NCBI GenBank assembly: GCA_051362555.1
Contig: CM120648.1
Coordinates: 5,948,587 to 6,012,586, forward strand
DNA length: 64,000 bases
Source of the DNA: Lingula anatina
Taxonomy: Eukaryota > Animalia > Brachiopoda
Reading direction: 5' to 3'
Positions 53,357-64,000 of the stretch are shown here, one piece after another; position 1 is the stretch's first letter; each line of letters opens with the position of its first letter. The notes beneath the pieces were generated by a model. It was given only the letters and a program-made list of their open reading frames with translations. It had not been told where the DNA came from and did no database searches. The position numbers and the translations under genes are program-made.

Positions 53357-55031
53357 AATACATAATATGTGTCCGAAAATAAAAGCACACTTAAAATTGG
53401 CGACAAATAGTAACGGCATTTAACGAACTACAATCTTCTTCTATACCTTTATAATTCTGTAAATCTATAGCCTATATATGTATTTAAGATAATGAGACTG
53501 AATTTTTTTCATTTAATTTGTCATATGTATCTACTTCTTCTAAGCGTTTACCCTCGAACTAAATCGAAAATGAGAGGAACTGAAGAAGAAAACAATAATT
53601 TGATCGAATAAAGAAAACCTGTTATACACAATTGTGTGAGATGTGACACCAGAATCTGGGTTTTGTTAGTTGAGACGATCACTTACGAGCTAGAACAGAT
53701 CAGAACAATATGAAGGGGGAAATGCTTGTTACTATGAATTCGCTGGAGTGTCCTTAAAAGCTATATAAATTTCTTATTCAAACTTACCTTTTCAAAATCA
53801 CTATTTATCACAATAACAGTATATTTGCGCTGGTCATTGGAGGGGGGGGGGGAGTCTGGATCGCGTTCGCATATTGCCTACTGTTGCATTGACTGTACGT
53901 GGAGTAATATTTTATGTGGGGTGCGTCCTTTCGACCAGAGGCAGAAAATTTGGAAGATAAATTCATACCCGCTGTTTTTCAAACCCTTATGCGCCAATTA
54001 CTTCTGAACCCGCTTTCATCTCAGAACAGTATCATTGTCCAGTTGTGGGCTGCTGTTCATGTCATAGTTCTGGTATACCATATGACTCAACGTGGACGGT
54101 TCCTGGCGGCAAACACTGGTCTCCTAAAAGATCGCAAAAAAATGTAAATATGAGAGTCTCCTTTGGCACAGAGGTCAGATTCGCCTCTATTACGCGACTA
54201 ATGCAGCCACTGCATCAATGAACTTTTTCGGAATAATGGTCGATTTGAGATAAATGCTTTTTTTATTTTTTGGAATACCGGTAAGTGCATGTACATGTAG
54301 GTAAATATTCTACATCCCCAGTCTTCGTGCTGATCGGTTGCCTAGCTGCATGTTATTATGGGGAAGGGATGACATTTTTTGGTGGGGAATCAATGTGTGT
54401 CAACACTTCGAGCGCATGAATTTTTTAAGTTTTTGATGTTACAGCACTCTAAAGACTGATTTATATTAAGAATCTTCTAAACAATAAATTAAGCTATCAA
54501 GAAAATTATGTTTGGTCTATTTTGCACCACAAAATGATATTTTGTTGGAATTAAATGTCTCCTACACGCCCAAGTCACCTGCGTGACGTAGTTTTGTAAC
54601 GAGACGCACACATCTGCTGTCTGTGATGTTAGTAGATACGCAATGAGGTGTCCCCTAGGTGGCAGTTCTCGCGGGAGCCATGATAATCCTGCACGTGAAG
54701 TGGCTGCCGTATTAATCTTTAAAAGAAAAAAAAGCAGTGAACCGGTAACAAAATTTGTTTTTGTTCTATTGTGCGTTTGAAACCCCGTTCTTTTGTAGCA
54801 CTGTTATTCTAACCCCGATATGAAAATGGCTCACCTTTTCTTGTAGCCATAGTAACCGGATATTGTTTATGTTATGAAGGCTGTTGGGTACTTTCATAGG
54901 AGAAGCAAAAAACGTTGATCTGCTCTGACTGCACAAGCCGACTGACAAACAAAACGGTGGTTATTTACCTGCTCCCTGACGTTATTTACAGTGCAACGCT
55001 GTAGTAAAGTTGACTTTCGAGAAGAAACAAG

Positions 55032-57524
55032 ATGAAGACCCTGGCAGTTTTGATCGTACTGGCTGCGACACTGGCAACTTGTAAGTACACAGTATATTGT
55101 GATGATCCGTGTTACATCAAACTGTCTAAAAGAAAAGGTGTGCTTGAATTGCTGTACTTTTTATTACACAAAATACTTTTTGTTAATAAAATTTTGCTTT
55201 AAATTGTTTCTATATATGTGCACGCGCGCGCGCGTGTGTATGTGCACTTGAGAGTGGGGAAAGAGGAATCTAAAACAAAAGTGCGCCATTTCCAAACCAG
55301 CTTTTACAAACCAGCTTTTTACAGGCTATAATTTTCATTTTAAGGGCATTTTCTCTTCAGTACACTGAATGGGAGGGACTTCTAGAAGAGACAAAACAAT
55401 GATTTTAATAAGTTTAAGGTCAAGCCACTTTCGCTTTGCTGAATTGCGCAGTAACGATCGATTCGCTTTCACGTAAATAACATCAAATGGGAGAACGCCT
55501 TGATTCATCTTGTGCGGTCCCGCCTGGCACCGTTTTAACAAAAGTCGTTTATACACTAACCCCAGGAAGAAGTTGATTTCGTTGCCATAAAACACTTTGT
55601 TGCCCAGGCAACACGGTGTTAACCCTCACTTAGACTGACCTCCTGTTAGCACCTTAGCTCAGAGGTTGCTAAAAAGGCCGGTGCAACAAACCGTCCGCTT
55701 CCGGAAAAAAATGATTTATCTGAGACGGAGCTGAATTCGGCAAATGACGCATTCAGGCGGTAATCCGAGCCCCAGATATTAGGTCTTATGAGACGTGTCA
55801 AGTTTGACCTGCCTCCTTCCACTGCATGACATCTTCATTGTCCTCGCGCAGGCGCACCCTTCTGTGATAACGGCTGTATATACAATACGCACTGTTGCAC
55901 AAATCGGAATAATAGTGCAGAGCTGGTGAAGAGGTATTAGGGAGGATACTGCCAATATTACGTATCACAAGCTTGAAGTTACAGGCTAAAATTACTGATT
56001 TGTATTTGAAAATTTCAGTTTTAATCTTAAAATAAACTATAACTCACATCATTACCTGAGTTGAATATTGGCAAAAACAAGCTGAGCTGAGATTGTTCAG
56101 ATTTATGAATAATCGATGATAATTGATGAGTTTACATTATACAATGTTGCGGTTTTGGTGGAGCTCATTGTGGACTGAAGTGTTCATTTTTTCATAATTA
56201 GTTATACTGAAGTGGAATTAAAGGTTTAATCGGGCCTCAACTCGATTTTTTTTTTTTTTTTTTTTTTGAGAAAAAAGCAATTATTCCTACTTACGCATCA
56301 TCGTGCGAACATGGCCTGCACTTAGATTCAATGTTTTATACCATTCCTAAATAAATAATTTAGTTCTAAATGTCTGAAGGCCATATGTCTTTCTGTACAT
56401 ATTAGAATAAGTAGTAGACGTCAAATACTTTAATTTGTTTTTAATGCCTGAATTGGGAAGATAAGTAACTTTGCTGGATATGTGGACAAGACCAAAATGG
56501 AATTAGGACAATTTTATACACGCATACTATACCTTTACCTGTGCCAATATATAAGATATAAATTTATATCATTTAAATATCCGGGAAACTAAGTGCATCT
56601 GGTTTTAGGAGAGTTCAATTTATATATATTCTCTTTGTACGGAATTACACATTGAACGTAAGAGCTTTAACCTACCGTTTTTATCAAAGTGCAATAGACA
56701 GCTATACTATCCAGGTAGAGGTGATACTCAACCGTGTTTTACCATGCACAAAATTTCATACAGATGAGAGAGATCGAGATGGTTTCATATATAATATAAC
56801 TTATCATTATTAAGTACTATACAGGCACCTGGGATAAGCAGGTGGGTTACCTCACTGTGCATAGCTGTTTTTAATTTTAGGAGCGACACCGCAGAAGGAC
56901 ACCATAAATATTCGCTGTTATAATGCGATACTCAGTATTTTCTAATTGCAATTTTTTTTTACATTAATCTTTCAGGTGACGCCTTAACCTGCTACAGCTG
57001 TGGCGGAACCAAGAGCTCCGCGTGCGGAGAGATATTCAGTGAAAGCGGCGTCTCTATTCGGACCTGTTCCAGTTCGTGCTACAAGACCGTTACCACGGCG
57101 GAAACGATTCTAGGTAAAGTACAAAAATGGACTATCGTCTACGAAAATCAAGAACTTCACTTTTCTCTATGAAAGAGTTGTATGACAATTTAAGAAAAAC
57201 AAGGAGGAGGCGTGTCAGTCTATTATCTTTTATTTACCTTCCTCATTAACTCTTTTTACCAATTTAATTAATTGATTAATTTTTTTTCATCAAACTGTGC
57301 CATTTTATTCAGGCTCTAGCACCTGGTACACCAGGGGATGCGCCTCAAGTTCTTCGAATTCCATGACCTGTTCCAGTAGTGGTGGTGGCATCTCTGGCTT
57401 CAGCGGGTCCTCGGAGACTTGCTACTGCGACAGCACTTTTTGCAACTCCGCCTCAAACCTGCTGCCCTCTATCGTCCAGATCGTCGTGTTTTTCGTTGCA
57501 GCTTTTTTCTTTCAAAAGTTTTAA
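55032..57524 (+). CDS. Ly6/uPAR three-finger protein H; exons 55032-55080, 56976-57113, 57313-57524
   Basis: ...CDALTCYSCGGTKSSACGEIFSESGVSIRTCSSSCYKTVTTAETILGSSTWYTRGCASSSSNSMTCSSSGGGISGFSGSSETCYCDSTFCNSASNLLPSIVQIVVFFVAAFFFQKF. Confidence 0.92.
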
Positions 57525-57859
57525 ATACATTGCATGATATACATGTGAGCTGAAATAACAAAAAGTGAAACACAGAACTTTGAGAAAGGTTTCGAATTAT
57601 TTTCATGGATTATTTTATTCAGTATCAACTATACAGGTCGACACATTAATTTTAACACATTAATTATTTTATTCTTTATCAGCTATTAGCAACTATTTAT
57701 GGTCTATATATGAGACACATTAATTTCAGCTTTTCAAACTGTAAAATCCCAGAGGATGAATGAACTGGAGCAATCCGTCGTAAGCTACGATTCTTTCCTT
57801 CTCGTGATCTCATAACTATATCAGGCTTGTAGCCAGCAATGTCAAAGGAGGGTTCTTTT

Positions 57860-58310
57860 TCTGAAATAAGGGACTTTTTACAATGAAACCTTCGTGTACC
57901 TAGACCAAATTTTCCGGCAAAAGGGCGGTTCTTTTGAACCCCCCCCCCCCTCCAGACCCCCCCCCTCCCGCCTGATTATTGATATGCACTGTATTTATGA
58001 AAACTGAAGCACAGCATTTAGACAAGCTGTTTTTATATATAGTTATCAATCATTAGACAATTTAACGTAATGATTTTATATTCTGAAATAAGGGACTTTT
58101 TACAATGAAACCTTCGTGTACCTAGACCACATTTTACCCGAAAAAGACCTTTTTCCGGCAAAGGGCGGTTCTTTTGAAACCCCGGCTCCCTCCCCCCCCC
58201 CATCCCCCTTCCCCCCCCCTCCCCCCCGCCTGATTATTGATATGCATTTAGACAAGTTGTTTTTATATATAGTTATCAATCATTAAATAATTTAACGTAA
58301 TGATTATATA
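57860..58310 (+). repeat. Local ~220-bp tandem duplication involving a hAT-like MITE
   Basis: TTCTGAAATAAGGGACTTTTTACAATG...TTTAACGTAATGATT occurs twice. Confidence 0.7.
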
Positions 58311-59394
58311 TCATTTCTTAAATTTTGAATAGCTTACTGTAACAACACATGTATGTACACTGCACTTTCAATGTTTTTCAACGGTATACTGATGTTTTCA
58401 TGGATATTTTATGTGATATTCAGTGTCTCATAGCTCTGTATGGAACTGCCACGTTTTATTGTTCTTTGTTTGTATTCCTTTTTTATGGGTGAGACTTAAA
58501 TAAAATATCTTGATCTTGATCTTGGTATTATATTCTTATTACCATATGTAATTCCGTTAACACAGTCAAGCCGCATCAGCATGTGCATGAATAATAAAGT
58601 AGTGCTTATGCAACTTGTTTATTGAAAAATATACGTTGCCACGTTAAAGGTTACACAAATTATGCAAGTTTTGATGTATGATTACATACGATCATTAAAA
58701 ATGCGTAATTCAATACGCTTTCTGTGATAGGTCATATCACACAAAAAGCGAACATTGAGCCATGTCAGTGACGTATCCATGTCTCCTTTATTATCACGGT
58801 TTTATACTAAAGTACCTTGCAGTATGAAAATAAATAGCCATAATTGAAAAGTGATGTGAAAATACTTTTTAATATGTGTGTGTCACTGACGTGACTTATA
58901 TATGTACTGCCATAGTTACTATAGAATGTTCATTGTTTTTTGGAATTACGTTGGTACGTATGTCAAAGAGACCGTGTTCGTACAGTACACGGCATTAAAC
59001 TTGTCTGAACAACTAAATGCTGGGTAACCGTCCTTGATTGTTTTTAATTTCTCGAGGACTTGGCTCTCGTATATCTTCATATGTATACTGTACAAGTTCC
59101 TAACCACTCTCCCTACTGTGCGAATACAACCGTATATTGTGTAATAAGTAAAATAAGTAAAAAGGCAAACAAAGGAAGTGGAGTGTAGCGTTTTACCGAT
59201 ATAAGAGGTGGCCTCGCGGAGACTAGTTGGGATGCTCTTCCAAGCTGTAAGAATGAGTTGTTCTCTGCGTTACACATTTTACTGGTATAAATGATCTGAT
59301 GTGTTGTGTAAGGTCGCGTTTAGAACAGATGATCCGCGGACCAACTGATCAGCGGACCAAGAAGTTGTAGAGAAGGCCTAATGCAATTGGTTAA

Positions 59395-59710
59395 AGGGAT
59401 AATAACTCTTCGTTTCGGCCAAGAAATGAATTTTCCCATACTTACCAATGGTTAATGAATCCATTTTTACATTCAAAGTTAGTCCCTGGTTTTTTTCTAA
59501 AAAGTTTGGTTTTTTGTTAAAATCTCTTAAGAGATTTTAGCAGAGTATAGCCATCAGTGGAGGTCACGTGGTCTAAAGAAAAGCTCAGATATCAGAATAA
59601 TAGGTATAACTGCCGTTTTTGTGGTAAAACAGACTATATTATATTTCTATGAGTTATTCACAATGTTTTTATTGTGAAATATAGATCTCATACGAAGAGT
59701 TATTATCCCT
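59395..59710. mobile_element. Kolobok-like MITE (TTAA TSD)
   Basis: Perfect 19-bp TIR AGGGATAATAACTCTTCGT flanked by TTAA on both sides. Confidence 0.8.
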
Positions 59711-59787
59711 TTAAAAGCTATCGTTGGTGGGTCGGTCATTTCGCAAAAAAAAAAAATAAATAAATAAAATAATAATTATAATAATAA

Positions 59788-59822
<35 letters not shown>

Positions 59823-60359
59823 ATATTTGAGTCGAGTGCAATCAGCTTAACTAAATGACTCTCCTTCTGTATCCTTATAGTCACCAGCTTTTCTGTTTTT
59901 ATGCCAGGAGAAGTCACCAGCTTTTTTTTTTTTTTTTTTTTTTTTTTATGCCAGGAGAAGACGCATTAATCTGTTTAACTGACTACATAGAGCTTAAGTT
60001 CCCACGGAGTTGGATCTACCCACGTTGACCGATAGTGTCTATGGGAATGAACCCTAAGATTTGAAACATGTTTATTGATACGTCGGATCTTACAAGCACC
60101 CGTCATATGCTTAGTCTTATCTGAACACTCTACAAAATTTGAACAGCGAAATCAATATGTTAAGTTGCCCTCTACCAGCTCACTTATTTACTGTTTGCCA
60201 TGGTGACGTTGTGTGCGTTACCCAGGGAGGTTCTTGGTCAGTAATGTTGATCCTCACTTTACTGACCAGTGAGTTAAGCGGAACGGGGGGATTTATTGAG
60301 CTGTCTCGGACTGTTGAATTTTTATATGAGAAATTTGCACATTGACAGATACAGACAGG

Positions 60360-62358
60360 ATGAATACACTGACAATTTTGTTCACTTTGGCGGCAATGCT
60401 GGCTACATGTGAGTATAATGTAATTACGAGCACTCTCTCTCTCTCCCGCTCTCTCTCGATAAACATATGCAGGGCTGCTTGAAACCTGTCTTCTGAATTT
60501 CCCTTATTCTCAGTTTTATTTATATAATAAACATGCTGACGCGTTTGTCCAACGGTGGAACACGTTAGGCTCTGAATGATGATAAAGATGGTAAGTATAA
60601 CTTTTATTTTTTTATACAGTTTGAGAAAAAGGCAACATTTGATTCAGGAAGAAAAAGAGGTTGTAAAGAGATTTCTTTACAACTTCTTGGGTAGAGAGAG
60701 TCGCCTAAAGGGAGGTGTGGGTTTTTTTAAGCATTTAAAGAGGTGTGATATTGATCGCGCTTTTAGATAATTTATATCTTTTCAAGGACTTCGGTTGGTC
60801 ACTTGTAGATTCCCCTATTGCTGTTCTACCATCATCAAATTTAGATGTATGTAAGGTATGCTAGTCACGCAAAGCTATCCAAACCCCAAACTCACCTACA
60901 TAGGGAATTAGTACCCTCTTCTAGGGCCGCAGTTATTATTGTGGACATTTTTGCTGAGGTGAGTACAGAGATCAGTCATCTATTTAACCAGAGACATATC
61001 TGTTAATATCAAGTGAAAAGTCAATCTGTGGCTCTGGCAGAGAGTAGGGGATTAGCATCAAATTTGTTGACTGTTTGGCTCAATATTTTCAAGGCGAGTG
61101 TTTGTTTTTGAAACAGGTGAAATCCTCAAACTGCTATCTTAACATGGGCCCCAAGGACGCATTTATTGTGAACGTGTTATGTCCTCTTGGGTGTGGTCTT
61201 CGAGCGGTTGCAGTTGTGTTTGCATGTGTGCTCGCGCTTGTTTGCTAGTAATGAGTGTGTGTGTGTGTGTGTGCTTGTGTGTGTGTGTGTGTGTGTGTAT
61301 GTGTGTATGTGTTGGTTGGTTGGTGGGTCGGATACTGAGATACCTGAAAAAATACAAAATGTCAAAATCATCTGTTCACACTGACATTATAACTTTCCCT
61401 TTCACCATTTATGCACTGCCCATGCATGTTCAGCAGCACTTGGGAAACCAATGAATTAATCATTTTTCTTTATCGGTTACTACTACCCCCTTTCTCCCTT
61501 AAAATTACGCGATAACCCAATACAGCAACACCAGGGAAACCAGTGATTAATCACACGACGAAATGCTGTGTTCACCTCTTTTATTTCTCCCACAGGTACC
61601 GCCTTTACCTGCTATACCTGCACCAGCGTTCTGAACAGTGGGTGTGACGGAGCGTTTACAGTGAGCAACCCTAGCTCCCTCTCCGGCAACTGTACCACGG
61701 CATGCTACAAGGCTACAACCACCGTGGATACTTTCTTGGGTAAGATCACGACCGATTTTAAAAAATCGATAAATAGAAGAAAATAATAATGATTATAATA
61801 ATAATAAAGAATTCAAAAAGTATAATTCAGGATAAGCCCGCATGCCTAGTTCATCTAAATAGAGCAATCAGTGATCAATATTCCATTGTAGGCCCGTTTT
61901 TGGTAATGTCAGTGCCAAATAGCAAGAAATTAACTCGAATAGGCCAAAATACAATACATATTTATTCCTTAAATAAATAAATAAATAAATAAATAATGAA
62001 AAATGAGTTATTTTGGCTGAGGTCAGTGCACTGACTACTTTTCAAGTTAAATCAATGAATTTTATTTAATTCAAGATTAACTTCTCTGTATACTGACGCA
62101 CTTGTCTCTTTACGTTATAATTTTCTAATCTTTAATTCCCCAGGATCGTCAACAACGTACACCAGGGGATGCGCCTCCACCACCCCGACCTCGTTCACCT
62201 GTTCCAGCAGCACCGCAGGCATCTCTGGTCTGGCCAGCGGTTCTACGGAGTCCTGCTACTGCAACACCGATAACTGCAACTCCGCCTCAAACCTGCTGCC
62301 CTCTATCGTCCAGATCGTCACGATTGTCGCTGCAGCTTTATTCTTCCAGAAGTTCTAG
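60360..62358 (+). CDS. Ly6/uPAR three-finger protein I (most divergent flanks); exons 60360-60408, 61596-61739, 62144-62358
   Basis: MNTLTILFTLAAMLATCTAFTCYTCTSVLNSGCDGAFTVSNPSSLSGNCTTACYKATTTVDTFLGSSTTYTRGCASTTPTSFTCSSSTAGISGLASGSTESCYCNTDNCNSASNLLPSIVQIVTIVAAALFFQKF; GT-AG phase-1 introns. Confidence 0.9.
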
Positions 62359-62956
62359 AACTTTTGAATGCAATTAGTCAGCTTGGGGAGTAGGATCATC
62401 GCCACGAGATTGTAATAATTAGAATACATAGCTCTGAGAAAGGGAGGACAGTTGATTCGTTTTCTTCTCATCATATAGTTTATATAAGCGCATGTACCAT
62501 TAGGCAATAGTCCCTAAGTGCATAATATTTATTTGCGGGGCTGTAAGATTAAACGCTAATAAATCGTCGTCAGTCTGAAACCGAAACGCCTGCAACGCCG
62601 TTTTTTCCCCACACTTATTGTGATGTTCATTTTAACAAAAGAATAAAACGGGTTTTAATTTTGAGTTCTCAAACAAGAGACTGTGGTATATTTTAATATT
62701 AAGATATATTAAAACGGGTTGAGTTCAGAAATCTTCCATAAATAAATGTTTGCTACTGACAAAATGTGTGGATATTATTTTAATATTCGAAACTAATTAT
62801 AGGCCTATCTATCGGTATATCATCATTGCATGCTAGCGATTTGTAAAAGACCAATTAAATATGCCAGAGTGCGTCGTAAACATATCACTTAATATAACAG
62901 CGTAATTCGCATACATCCAATGTAATAGATCTCATATTATTCTATATATAAATATA

Positions 62957-63004
<48 letters not shown>

Positions 63005-64000
63005 GAGGATTCTTCGTTCGAAAGCAGGCGTGGCTTCATCTATTCGCAAAAGTGACAAGCACTGGCTGATGCTCTGTAAAGCGGGCCCTCAATCTAAAGC
63101 AGCACTATAAACTGTACCTCTCTATGGGCAAAGGGCCATCAGGTTGCCTCCCACCATAAGGATAGAATGATCTGGTATCAGGGGCGTCATAGTATACAAA
63201 ATTTTAAATATATAATACTATCATTTAGTACCAGACAACTAGCGCACCCTGTGGTCAGTGAGTGGCAACAGAATGCCCCATTATAACTTAACCCTCCATC
63301 TCATTAATACCCCTTTTCTGTGTGCAGCACCCATAACCTCGCCTTATTGGACAATGTGAGCACGGTGAATGGTAAACATTCCCCTTTTCTTTAACACGGG
63401 AGTTCAATCGGTAAAGGAAGTGGTGTTTACTTTACAAGCGCCCAGCCACTCAAAACAAATATTCTTGAAAAGCCGCCAGGTTGAAATGTTGAACAAGCTC
63501 CGCCCTGTTCAAAAGCAGTTTTCACGGTCAACATGACCAAATAAACAACGCCAAACGTTTTGACATAATGATGTCTTTGAAACTTTCCAAACTGAGGGCA
63601 CAGTTTTCATATGATATTGCTCTCCTATCATTAATCTCGTTTTCAAATTAAAATATCATGTAATTAAATGCGAAGATGAGACCACTCCTCTACAGTAAGT
63701 CGATGTTGTAGTCAAGTCCCCGTCGTGAGAGTAAGGCGTTACTAGAAGGTAAACCAGGGGGTTTTCGGAGCTGTATAATTCAGATTTTCGGAGATGTAAC
63801 GACTTTTTTTCAGAGTTCAACAATAACCTGTCGTTTGTAATCCTTAATTTTAAAACACGGAGATGAAATCGGAGACCTTATTCATTATTTCCACGACGTT
63901 CATTGCTCTACTTTGTGACGCAGGTAAGTACAATACTGAAAATTATACTTCTTTATTGAAATAAAGGCAAATTTTAAATCCTAAATCTTTCCACTGTCAC

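Larger units (their letters stand above)
30850..59230 (+). repeat. Segmental duplications: D+E block (~30850-41630) resembles G+H block (~52200-59230); F unit (~47770-52200) is a third E/H-type copy
   Basis: Long colinear near-identity across promoters, introns and 3' flanks. Confidence 0.85.

Noticed and set aside
10349-62358. Assigning a specific gene symbol (qvr/sss, bouncer, lynx1, CD59)
   Set aside because: Only the family-level cysteine pattern is recognisable; orthology needs phylogenetics.
63860-63931. Strong donor-like CAG|GTAAGT near the end of the window
   Set aside because: No supportable upstream ORF or acceptor. It could be a non-coding first exon of a gene outside the window, but that is untestable here.

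Overview
This is AT-rich, intron-containing metazoan DNA, most likely from an invertebrate; the taxon cannot be determined from the sequence. The main feature is a head-to-tail (+ strand) array of three-exon genes for small, probably GPI-anchored Ly6/uPAR (three-finger, quiver/sleepless-like) proteins spanning ~10-62 kb. I reconstruct 8 apparently intact copies (A, B, C, D, E, F, H, I), one pseudogene (G: no exon 1, stop at Cys3) and three deletion or insertion remnants. All copies have phase-1 introns, near-identical signal peptides and a nearly invariant GPI-signal nucleotide block, while the finger loops are highly variable. A positionally conserved RFX X-box-like motif lies ~165-190 bp upstream of most start codons. 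Upstream of the array is a 4-exon secreted PAN/apple + C-type lectin gene whose frame requires a 13-nt micro-exon. The intergenic DNA consists of recent segmental duplications, many MITEs (Harbinger-, hAT-, Kolobok- and Merlin/MULE-like), two decayed Tc1-type elements, a pogo-like element and a ~180-bp repeat array. All coordinates and difference counts were read by eye.
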